A DNA stretch of 63,994 nucleotides, counting the filler, from Basidioascus undulatus (lineage: Eukaryota), in assembly GCA_000826855.1 (NCBI GenBank). It is 8 parts of 8 records of this genome, joined end to end, with 100 filler letters (N's around TTAATTAATTAA, not from the genome) between each part and the next. Parts side by side here need not be neighbours in the genome. Positions count along the whole stretch, not along the records: positions 48,181 to 56,098 come from JTLS01001466.1; positions 56,199 to 63,994 come from JTLS01001491.1; 6 more parts are not named here. The stretch is one strand, 5' to 3'. The translations under genes were made by a program, and so were the position numbers. The notes under the pieces were generated by a model. The model ran no database searches. It was not told the DNA's origin and was given only the letters and a program-made list of their open reading frames with translations. This document shows positions 48,181-61,924 of this stretch, one piece after another. Each line of letters starts with the position of its first letter. The stretch's first letter is position 1.

Positions 48181-51043
48181 TGATGAGAGGTGGGAGGGAA
48201 GGTTGCGTTCACCCTCTTCTCTTCCCCGCTCCTCCTCGATGCCCCGCCCAGGCAGTCCCACCCCGACGCGAGCGCGGGGGCGCCCCCCCCTGAGGAAGGC
48301 AAGGGGCTCAAGCTGGTTAGCGCTGATGAGGTGAGCGTGGGGGTGAAGCAATGGTGGGAGGGGCGCGGAGATGCTGATGGCGTGTGAGTGGAGGACAGGT
48401 CAAGAAGCATAATTCGCGGGAGTCGTGCTGGGTCGTCGTGGGCGGGGAGGTCTGGGAGTGCGTCTTCCTTCCTTCCTCCACCCCCTCACATCCGCCGCCC
48501 GCTCATGAACCCTCCACAACAGCGTGACTGATTTCCTGGACCACCATGTCCGTCTCCTCCCCCTTCCCCTCCTCACTTCCCTAACTCCCTCCCCTACAGC
48601 CGGGCGGTTCCCGCATCATCCTCACCCATGCCGGCTCGGACGTAACCAGTCTCTTCACTCCCATCCACCCGCCGCACACGCTCGAAAACAACCTCTCCCC
48701 GTCCCAGCACGTGGGCACCCTGGACCCCAGCACCGCGTCCTCTCTCTCCCCGCACGGCGCCGGGCCCAGCGAGGCGGAGCTCGTCGAGTCCCGCCGGCGC
48801 GCCCTCCCGCCCCTGGGGGCCATGATAAACCTTGATGACTTCGACCGAGCCGCGGAGGGCGTGCTCGGCCCGCAGAGCCAGGCGTGGGCTTACTACCGCT
48901 CTGCAGCAGACGACGAGTCCGCGTACTCCCGCAACCGGGCGGCCTTCTCGCATCTCCTGCTGCTTCCGCGCACGCTCGTGCCGGTGAGCAAGGTGGATGC
49001 GAGCACTTGCTTCCTCGGGCAGAAGACGAGTTTGCCGATTTTTATTGCGCCTGCGGCGCTGGCGAAGTTGGGACACCCCGATGGGGAGGTGAACCTGACG
49101 AGGGGCGCGAGGAGGACGGGGATCGTGCAGGGCGTTAGTTCCAATGCGAGTTGTAGTTTGGAGGAGATGTTTGAGGCTGCGAAGGGCGAGGAAGGGCAGG
49201 CGAGGCTGTGGTTCCAGCTCTATGTGCGTCTTCTGCGTCTTCTTCCTTGCTACGTCCTCCCTTGCCCGCTTCCTTTACTGACCCTCGCCGGATCTAGGTA
49301 AACCGCGACCGCAAAAAATCCGAAGCGGTCGTGAAGAAAGCGCTTGCGTAAGCTTTCTTTTCTCTCCCCCTCCCTCCCTCTTCCTCCAGTCTCATCTTCG
49401 CCCTCCGCCCGTGGCACGAAAACAGCGGCGGTTGCTCTGCGATCCTCCTCACGGTCGACGCGCCCGTCGGGGGAAAGAGGGAGCGGGACCTGCGGTGCGT
49501 GTGCTTCCCCATCTCTCCTTTCTTACCCTCGCACCCCATCTTTCCTTCCTCCCCCCGCGTTCCTCCTGGTCCTTCCGAGCAAGCCGGCGACTTAATGACT
49601 GTTGGAATGCTGAAAATGTGACATGGCAGGGTGAAGGGAGACTACTTCGATGCCTCCCTCGGGGAGAGCGAGAGCGTGTCGGGCGCGCAGTTCTCGTACT
49701 TGGACGGTGTGTCTCCCTCTTCTCCCCTCTCCTCCTGTGCTTCTCTGCTTTCTCCCTTCTTCTTCCCCCTCCCTCACCCTCACCCTCTCTGTCTTCTCCC
49801 TCGCCTTTGTTTCCCTCTCCCCCCTATCCCCCTTCGACGCCTGCTCTCCCTTCCCTCGTGCCCTTCCCGGCCCCCTCTTCCTGCTTATAGAAGCACCTTT
49901 CCGATCTGGGCTGACTCGACCCGCGGGAAACCGAACCAGCCGACCTTCAATGGTCCGACCTCGCATGGCTCAAGAGCCTCGCGCCCAACACGCCCATCAT
50001 TATCAAGGGGATCGGTGCGTCCCCGTCTTGCCCCTCCCCTCTCGTCCCCGCACTGGGAGTGCTGCTTCTTCCTATCAGAACTTTGGCTGACTGCTGGAAC
50101 GAGGAGACAGCTACCCCCCAAGACGCCCAAAAGGCATACGAGCACGGCTGTGCAGGCGTGATCCTGTCCAAGTCCGTCTTTCCCTCCCCTCTTCCCCTTC
50201 CATCTCCCACCTCCCATCTTCCACCTCTCTCCCCTTCTTCCGCATCGCCTCCCAAAAAACCGATTTTCTTTTAAACAAATCTATCTCGAAACTGATGGGC
50301 GCATTTGGATGGGGGCAACCAGCCACGGCGGCCGCCAGCTCGACTCTGCGCCCGCGCCGCTCGCGACGCTGCTCAAGATCCGGCGCGTCGCACCGGAGCT
50401 GGTGGATAATCCCAAGTTTGAGATTTATTTGGATGGTGCGTAGACTGGCCTTCTCTCAACTCTCATCTCTCCTTGCCTTTCCCTTCTCCGTCCTTCTGCG
50501 TTTTCGTTTCCGCGTGGCCCTTCGAGCTTCCGTTTTACACGTCCCTGTTGCACGTTCCCGAGACTGGCGAAATTTCGTGGCTGACTTGGAACGGGCAATG
50601 GGGGGTTGGTGGGCAACAGGCGGTGTCAGGCGAGGCACGGACGTCGTGAAGGCCCTCTGCGCAGGAGCGCGGGGCGTCGCGCTGGGCCGGCCGTTCCTGT
50701 ACAGCCAGGTGCGCTCTCTCCTCCTCCATCTCCTCCCCTTCCCTTCCGTCTCCTATTCGACCCCTGCTCATTTGAACCCACCTCGCAGTCCTGCTACGGC
50801 TCCGACGGCGTCGTGCGGGTGTTCCAGAGTACGTCTCCCCGTCTCCACCTCTCCCTCTCCCTCTCGCCCCAGTTCTACCACAAAGTTAAGGACACGAGCT
50901 GATGATCCATGCGAGCTTTGGCAGTCATGAAAGAAGAGATCGAGCTCGCGATGCGCCTCGTCGGCGCGCGGACGGTCGACGAGCTGAGGCCGGAGATGGT
51001 CGAGCTGCTCGAGGGGGGCAAGCTTTTGGGGAGGGGGATCTGA
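48181..51043 (+). CDS. CYB2: Flavocytochrome b2 family (L-lactate/mandelate:cytochrome c oxidoreductase), 5' truncated
   Basis: Cytochrome b5 domain [28 protein letters not shown], then AWAYYRSAADDE, PIFIAPAALAKLGHPDGE, WFQLYVN, TVDAPVGGKRERD, PIIIKG, SNHGGRQLD, DGGVRRGTDVVKAL, GRPFLY. Confidence 0.9.
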
Positions 51044-54000
51044 GTGCCGGGGAAGTTAAGGGTTTGACGGACTCAGGGGTTGACGGAAGAGGGAACGAGG
51101 AACTTGTCGCTGGTGCGCCGGGAAGAGCGTATGATCAGCTAGCGTAGAAGACGGATGCACGAGGTTGTCATTGCAGAATTTTGGCCATGCGCTTTGATCG
51201 ACGGTCAGGTTTGAGCTGCTTCGAAATGATCAATATTTGTGAGATTTGTTTTCATTGCTTGCTTGGTTTCTGGACCAATTTCAGCAAGCGGAATGCCGAG
51301 TGCAGCCACCTGCGTGCAATGATCTCGCCTTCGTCCGGCGGCAGCCTTCCACGAAGTCTCTGGATGCCAGCGGACGTGTAGTTTCATCGGGTTACAATTC
51401 CGTGCAATCCGGCCGTGCAGCAGCATGTTCTGGAGTCCCCCACTTGAGCACAAACGAGCACACGTAGGACACACAGCGACGGCGGAGAAGATGCAAGGAC
51501 ATGCATGCATGAACAAAGCAGTCACCACCGATGCATTCCTGACCCCGGTGCCGCTGTGCACTACCCTGTCCACAGATGACCTGTCTCGCAAGTCCGCCAT
51601 CCTCACAAGCACCTCTCAAAAGCTTTGGGGATTTTTCTAGAGAAGTTAAACTTTCTTAGTAAAACCTCTTCTACTATGGCAGCTGTGCGTTCTCCTCTCC
51701 GGATCGCACAGACTGCCTGCACCTGTTCCGTCCTCCTGTTCTGTCCCCCCCCCCCTTTGGCAACATCTTCGTATTCCCATTATTTCAATTTTCAACTCTA
51801 CCCCCTTTTTGGAACTCTCTGGCAGCTGATCATTAGTTTGGGGTGAGGGTGGGGCGTTTGGGTGGCAAGAGCGTGCGGGCACTGGCAGTGAGTTCACTCC
51901 TTTCCTTGTCCTTCCCCTTCCACTTTTCACACTTGCTTGCCTGTTGCCTTCCCCCTTTTTCTCCCCCGCTCCCTTCCTCTCCTCCCCTCCCCTCCACCTC
52001 GGACAAATGCCGACTAAAATACGGAATGCATGCAGTGTTCGCCAATGCCATCCTCATGTGCCTTTTCCTTCCCCAGCATGTGCTTGACATGCTGGTTTCC
52101 CTGTGCGACTTTTTTCTTACCTGGGTTGTTTCTTCCCATAGGCCCCAGGGTGGGAGGAAGGAGGGAAGGGGCAGGGGCAGGGCGAGGGGGAGAGGGAGGG
52201 AACAAAGGGGGAGATCAGGTGGGTTGAGGTTAGGCTGGAAGAGGCTTGATATGTGCAAATGGTGCTGCAGCAGCTAGTTACCTAGGTACCTAGCATTCTC
52301 TGTACAAAAGTCGTAATTGGTCCGCTTCTGTAACATTAGTCAGTTGCTGTACATATTTCCATGCATGCTTTGCGAGTCTGAATTAATGATGTGCTGTCTC
52401 ACGCATTGGTAGTCTTGCACTCAGGTTGAAGCTCGTCAACTGAAAAGTGGCATGTGTGGTATCAAGTGTGTTATACGGGCTTCTGATGCATGCAGTGCGG
52501 AGCTTTGAGGCGGAGTGAGATGGAGGCGTGAGATGGAGGCATGAGATGGAGGGGCGAGGCGGAATGAATCCGCTGGAAGGAAAGACACTTTCCACACTGT
52601 GTCATGTCTTTCAGCCCCTTCCTTTGCAACCAGCCAACATTGTAGAAGCTCATGAATCATGGATACCCCTTGATAGTTGCTAATTTTGCGGAAGGGAAGT
52701 GTGAAGTGTTGCAGAAACAAAGACGGTTTTGTGAGGGACACTTTGCTGGCACGGGCAGAATTCTGTCTAGGGCAGTTTTCTTCGGGCTGTTTGGGCATTG
52801 AATTAATTGAGCTGTACAGCTTGGGCTCAGCGAGTCCTTTTACTGCGCGAGACACACGGCAGAAGAGTGGCTAGAGTCGCCAGCGAAGTGGCGTCGTAGC
52901 CGTAAGCACGCGGGTGAGGCAGGGTGGCAACTACGTCCACAATGAGTGCGAGAACATCAAGGGAGACCTTGGAATGACCGATTTCTGTAGTTATAGAGTT
53001 GGTTGAGCCGGCCTCTGTCCACCACCGGAGAAGCAGAGCGTCCCGCCTGAATGCAAGCCAGATAGGACTACCACGAGCGTCCCGAAAGAGCCCTCGGTCG
53101 GTTGCAGTCTTTTCCCCGATGAGCGTTCAGCGTCTTCCTCCGCGGGTCTCCCAGTCAGCGTTCGACAAGCCACTCACCCAGCACCCAGACTCCCCTGGCC
53201 CACAGCCAGCACCAGTTTCCTTAGCACGACTCCCACTTTCCCCTCCGGCCCCTCCACACCTAATTCAACCCGGGAGGCTTTGACTGCCTCTCTCAGCCAG
53301 CGCTCCCATGCCGGATTGACCGTGAGCATGTCCAGCACTTCTCATGCGCGGGGTGGCCTATATGAAACACTCGACTTCGAATGGGGATAGAGGGACGCTG
53401 ACGCGTCCGCCGAGGGACGGAATGTCAATGGGGTTGGGGGCGGAGGGGGAGGAGTCCGACGGGGTAGGTGAGAAGGTGATGGTGCCCGGATGGAATAAGG
53501 ACACGAGAGCTTTGGAGAGCTCCTTTTGAAAAAGAGGAAGTCTCTTAAGTTCTCACGTGGGAATTAGATAGCGGCCTCAATGGACCCCAAAGGAAACAAG
53601 CCCTTCCCTCTCTTTCGCCAACCGGACCGAACTCCAGTCATAGTCGCCATCGTGTTCTTCCTTCTCCCCGCCCAAGACGCCTCTCATGGGCATCCGCCAT
53701 CTTTATTTTCATATATTCAGACTACAAAAGCAGAAGAAACCTCATCTTGAAGAGTCTCGAAAGTCATGGGTACATTGCGCAGGAACCAGGCTGGAACAGA
53801 GTCTTAACTCGAATGCGGTCACAACAAACAAGCGTGGGTATACCTCATTCACATCCTCTCGAAACTACTCCTCCAGGTCCCACAGCATAGCATCTGTGAT
53901 TGTATCAAAAAGCCGGCGATCTAAATATCCTTGGGTCCGACGAGCGGAAAACCACTTTAGCGCTGTCGTGCAGTAGCACCGAATGGAAATGGCGCATGAA

Positions 54001-54184
54001 AGTGGCCTTGTCTTCTTCATCGAAACCCGATCCCTCGAATGCCCAAATACCCGTGCAAGCACTGAGTGGAGGTGGCTGGAGGGTATCACCCACCACCCTC
54101 GACGATCCCTCTCTCATGAGCTTGCTTACGTCTCTGCAGACGGGAACCACGGTGCATCTCGTCTTAGAGTGTGCGGCGGGAGAG

Positions 54185-54932
54185 TTAGTAGCCCGCAAGG
54201 ATCTCGCGAGAAGAGTGCGCAGGCTTGCATCCGCTGCGGTGGCCGCTTTCCGCATCACATAAGTAGCCAAAGTGATCGTCATATACCCCAAGAATGAGCT
54301 TGCGCAACGACGGCGCATGAGCGAAGGACTGCAAGAGACCTTTCCGCCATGGATCGTAGTAGAACAAGCTTCGGCTTACCGGCACAGCGCGACATGGGTG
54401 AGGCAGGGCAGCATGAGAAGTACTTCAACGCTCACTGCCCGCTCAAATATAATGTTCCAGTAAGTGAGGCGCTCGAATTCTTTTAGCGAGGGTGGGATCG
54501 CATGGTCATTCTTACTGAGGGGCTAATAGAGCTGGTAGGGGCACACATATTCTCAAGAGGGATTCCTAGAATGAGTGGATTCTTTTCGCGAGGGGCAGTG
54601 TAAAATCATTGAAGATGAAGAGTGTTCGACAGTATCGGCTGAGTGCGCTGGTCGCCCATCTCGGAAGGAGCAATGAAGCGAAGCGAGTGCACCAGCGCCA
54701 GGAGGCTAGGCTTCGACTGCGCTGTGAGCGCGAGTTTTTGCACGTCCTCGATGGTAAGGAGAGTGATAGACTTGTAGAGAATTGGAGTGGCTTCGAAGTT
54801 GAACTCGCGCGAGACAAGGCAGAGCGCGGCCAGCGTGGCGGTATCGCGGTGGTACGAGAGTGGGTGCGATGGGGCGCCCGCTTCGGCGATGATGAGCCTG
54901 TAGATACCGGTCGGAAGCTGGGGAGGAGGCAT
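54185..54932 (-). pseudogene. Decayed F-box-like / LRR gene
   Basis: MPPPQLPTGIYRLII...HPLSYHRDTATLAALCLVSREFNFEATPILYKSITL...LVHSLRF, then a stop and frameshifts. A later piece reads APSLRKLILG. Confidence 0.6.
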
Positions 54933-56021
54933 GACTCTCTGAATGTCGGCGAGAACGCTCCAGGTGTGCGAAGATGGATGTCGATTCCAAGAGCGGCAGC
55001 GGACGATGATGGTCGCTGGCCGAGGGCGGCGGAGGTGGCAGATGATCACCGACTCCCGGCAGAAGACAATATCAAGTGCAACGCTGCATCTGGTACCAGG
55101 TCATCAGGCAGCGCATTGCTCTTCACACTCCCACATGCACCTTCTGTCCATGCATCACTGATCTGCCTGGAAAGGAGAACTGTTTGAAGGACGAAATCGA
55201 CGGATGAAAGTAGCTCGGCTTGCTTCAAAAACTCTCAATCGAGTTGCCATCGAGCGTCTATAGCACCCATCCCGCCGCCGCAAGGAGACAGCAATCTTCT
55301 CTCCGACAAGCTGAAGCCGGGTGGCTGCACTGGTCGCCTGCGTTGCTGAAGCTGCAGATGTACAGGTGACCGCGCCTTCCTTCAGCTAGATTGGGTGGAC
55401 ACGGGTAAATAAGACTGAAGATGTACAGCGGAGGAACTTGCCAGAGTCCATTCAAAGTCAGCCAAACCCCTCGAGTCCCCGGACTTCATCCATTCGCTTG
55501 AGACCTACAGCACCATTCATAGCTTCCGCGCCTCAAGACCGTCCGTTGGTGCCGGCACGCGCCCAGACTGTCCGTCGGTTGCGGGGCCGTGTGAAGGGAA
55601 TTGCTGCCCAGGTCATCCGTGGGTTCCGGGGGCGCATGGGAGCTGAAGACAGTGGTAACCTCGAAGCCATCGGTAGGTCACGGGGCATAGCCGTAGGAAG
55701 TGGACTCGTAAGATATCGTTGCCGAGTCCGTGGCGACGAAGGTATTCCCTTCAGTGGCGTAGTATCCCACCAAGACGACAGTGTCTGTACGCCTGAGCCT
55801 GTGCTAAAGCTGCCGTACATGTATTTAGGACGGCTAGAATCAGTTCGATAATCGAGTCCCTGTGCAAATATGGCACGAACTGGCAAGTAAAGTGAAGGAA
55901 GGCAAGACGCCCCAAAGCACGGTAACGGAATTGCACATTCTGGTTGCTGCGTAACGAGGATCCCATGTCAGCGTTGTCCTTTAACCAGTCAACTGTACCA
56001 GGCACCCCTTATACGTCAGCT

Positions 56022-56098
56022 TCTTTGGTAGTATAGTGGCTAGTATATCCGCTTGTCATTCAACCTGACCGCGGGCGACCCGGGTTCAATTCCCGGCC
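56022..56098 (+). tRNA. tRNA-Asp(GTC) with an 11-nt intron (56059-56069), 3' end cut by contig end
   Basis: TCTTTGG acceptor stem, A-box TAGTATAGTGG, TCCGC/GCGGG anticodon stem with GTC at 56055-56057, T-arm CCGGG-TTCAATT-CCCGG. Confidence 0.92.
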
Positions 56099-56980
56099 NN
56101 NNNNNNNNNNNNNNNNNNNNNNNNNNNNNNNNNNNNNNNNNNTTAATTAATTAANNNNNNNNNNNNNNNNNNNNNNNNNNNNNNNNNNNNNNNNNNNNCG
56201 AGGGGCAAAATGCAGAATGCGGCGCCAGAGCTCGGGAGGGAGTGCTGGGAGGCCTAGACGGCGGTCCTGCGATGGCATTCCGACTGGCTTCAACGAACGA
56301 TGAGCTCGTAGAGAGCAACGAGCTTAAGAGCGCAAGAACAGGGCGACTCCTGTTTTCCGTCCGGCGGCATTGTCAAGCTGCCTTTGGCTTGTCTGCACGG
56401 ATCCTCGCATACGGAAATACTTCCGGGAACATGTTTTCTCCTTTTTCTGTGCAATCACGGTAGAGAACAATCACCCCGCGAAAGAGCAAGGTGAAGCGAG
56501 TGAACCGACGGTGACTGATCATGCCGCGACGGTTGGTCTTTTTTTTCTGTCGCTTGTGCAGTCACGCGTCGCCTCAGAGCAGAACCACTGTATGCAAGAG
56601 GACGAACCTACACAAGCAGGCAAGGGTCATACTAGTCTACAGAAACGGGGACGGGAAATGCTATAGCTAAACAACCAAGATGAGGAAAGAGGGAGGTACG
56701 TGACTCGGAAGGGAAGGAAGAGAGGAATGAGCGTGTGGTATTGGAATAAGGGTGGAAAGGAAGAGAAGGGAGGGGAAGGGTGGGAAAGATAGGGGGGAAG
56801 GCAGAAGGGGAGAGGCGATTCCGAAGTAGGTTGGGGACATCCGCATGAGCAAAAGGATCGGGAGGACTGCGCGTCTGAGGGCGAGGAAACAACATGTGTG
56901 CCGGCTCGAGTCGGGGTGGGGTATCGAGCCGTGAAAATACAGAGATGAAAGAGGGTACAGAGACCGAGTTTTGTACCCGA

Positions 56981-59870
56981 CTACGCAGAAGCGAGGTACT
57001 TCCCGGAAATAGTATTCCTGACCGTCTCCTCAAGCGCGTGCGGGCCCTCCGCGCCCTCCTCAGGGTGTAGCTCGACATCCAGATCGCTCGCGAGGCGTCC
57101 CTCCACGCGCCAGCGCACGGCGGCAGGCTGGCTTGGCGCAGGGGCGTCGTTGTCGACTGTGAAGCGCGCGAGGATGCGGTTCTCCGTCTGCTCGGAGAGG
57201 GACAGGTCGTCGAGCTTCCAGTGCATCTTCTTGCGCTCGGGGGAGTACGTGCCCTGCGGCTTGCTCTGCACTGCGCTGGCGGGGATGGGAAGGAGGACGC
57301 TGACGTCCGTGAGGGTCGCGCCTGCTGCTCCTCCAGCGAGGCGCGCCGCCGCGTTGGGCGTGTACGAGAGGATGACACTCTGGGTTCCCGGCTCGAGGCG
57401 CCACTTGGTGGACACGTCGAGAGGGACGTACTCGCGCGTGCGGGACGGGGAGACATGGAGCTGGTACTTGAGCACGACGGCTTGTCCCCCCGGCGCGCGC
57501 TCCAGCGCGCCCACGTCCAGGGCGTACTCGCCCGGCGCGTCGGGGAGCAGCTGCAGCAGCGCCGGGTTGGGCGCTGCCTTCTCGAGCTGCTCGAACGCCG
57601 CGAGGCGGATGCGCGGCGAGGCGGTCGAGCCCGTCGCGCTTGCTGAGAGGCTCGGCGAGGCGGGGCGGTAGAGGAGATGCCCCTCGCCCGTGACGAGCAC
57701 GCGCGCGACTTCGCCCCCCGAGCGGAGGAGCACGTTCACAGTCTCGGTGATGCCCGCGCGGAGGCCCGAGCCGGTCGTGTGCTCGAAGGGGTTGAACCCG
57801 CTCAGCGGCCCCGTGACGGCAACGCTCGGCGTCGTGCTCGTCATGCTCGCCGTGCGGCCCTCGCTGCTGAACGGCGCGGCGGGGCTGGGCGGAACGAAGG
57901 GGTTCGTCCCGAGCGGCGGGGAGGTGGGCGCGCTGCCGGGGGGGCTGAGGTTCAGGTGCTGCCCCGCCTGCCGCCGCTGGAGCGCCTCCGCGATGGGCAT
58001 GTCGTCCGGGATCGGGCTGAACGTCGTCTGCCGCACGTCGCGCCGGCCGCGGAGGACCGTCGAGCGGCGCGTTGGCCCGCCGGGCGACGCCGCGAGAAGG
58101 GACTGCTGCACCTTCGCGAGCGCTGCAGCGGAGTCTTCGGCCGACTCCGACACCGGCGCGGGGGCGATGTCGAGGTTCAGTTTTGGTGGGGCGAGGGAGC
58201 TGCAGGACGATAATGCGGGAATGAGTCAGACATAGGATTTGGCTGCATGAAGCGCGGCGCTGTACGTACGCAGGCGCATCTTCGTCATCGTCGAGCAGGT
58301 TCGCAGGCGTCGACCCGCCCGTGTTATCCCACGGGTTGCGGTTTCGATCGGGCGGGGGGATGGAGTACCCCTCCGCATCCACGAGTGGCGCAGCTCCTGC
58401 TGCCGCTCCACCCTACAAGGTTCCACCGTCGCCTCAGCATCTCTCCTTCTTCCACAGCCTCACAAGAACCACTCACCTGCCCCGCCACCGCGTGCCCGTT
58501 CTCCTCCACGCGCTCCAAGCCCGTGCGCGAGCTGCTCACGCTGGGCCGGCGAATCGGCGCGCCGGCGCCCGCCCCATTCGGCGCGGGCGGGGGCGGCATG
58601 GCAACCGTAGTGGGGCACGACGCCCCGTTGTCGGGACCGCCGTAGACCGAGTCGCGCGCGTTGGACCGCGAGCGGTTGCGCGAGAAGAGCGCGGTCGCGA
58701 AGGATGTGCGCGTCCCGCCTCCGGTGCTCGGCGGGGAGGAGGGCGTGAAATCGCGGGAGGTGGCTGAGAGAGTCATGAGTCGGCAAGTGGGAGGGGGAAG
58801 ACCGATTCAAAGCGAAGGAGGGGGGAAAGGGAAAGAAGGGACGGGGATAAGGAGAATGGAGAAGAACACGCACTAGACGACCTCCCGAGCGCAGGGCTCT
58901 CCGCGATGCTCCCACTATCGATCGCCGGGAGTCCCAAGCCCGTCGCAGCCTGCTCCAGCCAGTCCCTGACGTCTCTGTCCGTCTCCCACGAAACAAAGCG
59001 CGCGAGCGCGGCGTCGCTGAGCGCCGCCCAGCGCTGGGCGGCCTCGGCCTGGACGCCCTCCCAGCCCGCGACGGTGCGCTTCAGCTCCGCCAGGCGCGTC
59101 GAGTCCGCTAGCTGGTAGGAGGTGAAGTACGCGGGCGCGCTGGAGAGGAAGCGCTGCTGCGCGGAGGCGTAGGATTGTTGGGTTGCCGTGAGCTTTGAGA
59201 CGGCCGCGGAGGACTTGCGCGAGGAGGTCGAGTCCGCTTTCTTTTGCGCCTGGGGAAGTGAACATGCAGGGGCAGGGGCAGGGGGAGGAGAGGAGTATGA
59301 GCAGGCCGATGCATCTCCTTCCCGTCCCTCCCTCAACGCACCTTATTAACGTTCTTCTGTGCCTCCTCCAGCTCCTTAACGACCCTTCCCATATCCTCGT
59401 CCGCCTTCCGCAATCCCCCCCACTCGCCATGCGAGCTCGCCCTCTTCAGGGGGCCCTCCACCTCGTCGCGGATGCGCTTCGCGAGTACCTCGTGCACCTG
59501 CGCGACCTCGACCAACTCCGCCTCGAGGTCCTCCCACACGCCCGCCAGGCCGCCCACGAGCGCGGATGAGTCGCTGATGAACGGCTTGCCGCGCGCCAGC
59601 TTGTACAAGGACGCCGCGTACGCTTGCTCGGCGGCCGCGCGCGCGGAGAAGAAGGACGCTAGGTCATCTTGCAGCGCGGCGCCCTTGCGGAGACGCGTTT
59701 GGAGCGCGGTGGTGCTGTCTTTGGGGCGGGCGTTCTGGGAGAGCGGACTCCATTGGTATTCTAATGTTGAATAGAGGATGAAGTGTGAGACGCACGATAA
59801 AAGCATCAGCGTAAGCCGTCCGGGGCAGCTCGCCGTTTGGCGAGTGTGGAGCGCCGTCGCCGTCGGACAT
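56981..59870 (-). CDS. SYP1: Muniscin Syp1/FCHo (F-BAR + mu-homology domain) endocytic adaptor
   Basis: N-terminal F-BAR (YADAF...RLRKGAALQDDLASFFSARAAAEQAYAASLYKLA), a linker with DAEGYSIPP, and a C-terminal muHD (GLRAGITETVNV...VTGE...QSKPQGTYS...SGKYLA*). Confidence 0.92.
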
Positions 59871-60713
59871 GGCAGATCAATCTCTTTAAAGCTATACGAG
59901 CGCGGGTGGATGACTTGTTGAAGATTATGTGGTTGGTTTTAGGAAAGGAAGCGAGGAAGACGTGGAAGGAGCGAGACGAGACAGGCAGATTAAGCGAGGA
60001 GCAAGGACGGCGAGGAGGACGCTAGCGGGAAGGGGAAGAGGAGCGTCGGGGGCGCACGAGCATAAGGCGGCGGTGCGGCCTCGAACACCATCTCGATTCC
60101 CGGCCGCCATGCAATAGCACCGTTGCTACATTGCAGGACAATAATCACCTCCACTTCCACTATACTTTTGGGTAATGTAATTTATGCGCTACGGGATTAG
60201 TACTCCCAATTGACTAGACAAGAAGACGTTGCAAAGCTGCTCCTGTCATGTACTTTCGGTCCGAATGCTCGCAGTCGCCAGTCAGTCTCAGGGCCTCTCC
60301 CCACAACAATCTCATAACCGCCCAATATTCGCACTTTCCCCAGACATATACGAGCAATTAAGACTTCCCCCCGTGTGCATACCCGCATGAGCAGAACGAA
60401 GTGTATGATGTGAGAGCGAGAGCGCAACGAAATGAGATGCAAGGGATGGCGAGAACGAAAACGAGAACAGCGCGAACGGGGCAATACACTACGAAAATAG
60501 ACGTACGAAGGAGCGGTCGTGTGAGGTCGGATGTGAATGTGAGATGGGTAGAGGTGGGGAAAGACGTGTACGTGGTGAACGGTCCGGTACGAGCGCGAGA
60601 GTAGGTGGGTAGAACGTAGAACGTAGGAGATAGGAGGTGGGTCGTATGAGGTAACGCAGAGAAGGGGGAGAATGGAGGAGCGGAGGAGCGGAGCAGGGGT
60701 GAGAGAGAAGCGC

Positions 60714-61648
60714 TCAGCACGCGCACCCGTCCAGGACGCCCTTGTCGCCCTGGTTGAGGTCGACGCCGGCGCGTCGTGCGCCCGCAGCGCCGCCCGCCGC
60801 GCCCTGGGTACTCCGCGCCTGCGCCTGCTGGATGGGCATCTTCTTCGCTGCATCCCACCCCCACGCCCGCTCATCAGCGTCCTCCTCCTTCCCATCCCTC
60901 CCCGTCACACCACTCACCGATCTCCCTAAAAAGCTCCTGTATCCCCTCCCCCGTCTTGGCGCTGACCTCCCTCCAAATGCCGACCCCCCACTCCTCATCC
61001 TGAACCAGCGCCCTCGCCTCCTCCTCCGACACCTGCCGGCGCTCGGGCGCGAGGTCCGCCTTGTTCCCCGCGAGGGCGATGACGATGTTTGCGTCCGCCT
61101 GGCGCTGCAGCTCGCGGATCCAGGCCTTCGCCTTCTCGAGCGAGGCCGAGGACGTGATGTCGTAGACGACTAGGGCGCAGTGCGCGTGCCGATAGTACAT
61201 CGGCGCGAGCGACTTGTAGCGCTCTTGGCCGGCGGTGTCCCTGTCCGCTCGAAACACACACATCAGCTTCTTTCTCTCCCCATCCTTTCCACCTCTCTCG
61301 AATGGGGAAATGCACCAGATCTCAAACTTGACAGTCGCCTCCTCCAGCTGTACCGTCTGCGTCAAGAACGCCGCTGCCCGTCCGCACCCACCGGACATCT
61401 CAGCCTCCTCCTCCCCCCTCAGCACTCCCCCTCCCCCGACTCACCGCCAATCGTGCTCTCCCGATAATCATCAAACGCATCCTTCACAAAGCGCAGTACA
61501 ATGCTACTCTTGCCCACCGCGCTCTCGCCTGTCCCGTCCTCACATCAGCTTCCGTCTCCCGGGAGGTGGACGGAGAGCGTGGGCCCGCACCGAGGAGGAC
61601 GAGCTTGAACTGCAGCTGCTTTGAGGCGGGGGATGGGCGGGCGGCCAT
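60714..61648 (-). CDS. ypt5: Rab5-family GTPase (Ypt5/Ypt52/Vps21-like)
   Basis: [70 protein letters not shown]-terminal CAC prenylation motif. Confidence 0.95.
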
Positions 61649-61924
61649 GCTTCGTGTGTTCGGAGGGGATGAGGGGAGGATGGGATGAGGATCGATGAGT
61701 GAGCTTGGGATGTGGCGTCAGGAGCGGGTATGGTGGGCTGGCGGTCGATAACAGGGGGCCATAACAGGCTGGTAAGGGTACAGGCGAGATAGCAATCGCC
61801 GACAGAACACGCCGAACGCGCGCGCAACACACACCCGCTCCACCATCTCTGTTCCCTCTATCGATTCCTCTTTCCTCCAACTACACCGTCTTTGTCCAAC
61901 CGAAAAGCAAAGCAGAAAACGCAA

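Noticed and set aside
52515..52555. Three copies of (TGAGATGGAGGC) in a CpG-poor region
   Set aside because: A small degenerate minisatellite with no further structure.
7956..56198. Regularly spaced (~8 kb) TTAATTAATTAA elements flanked by Ns, and any apparent gene clustering across them
   Set aside because: These are artificial spacers between length-sorted contigs, so neighbourhood across them has no biological meaning.
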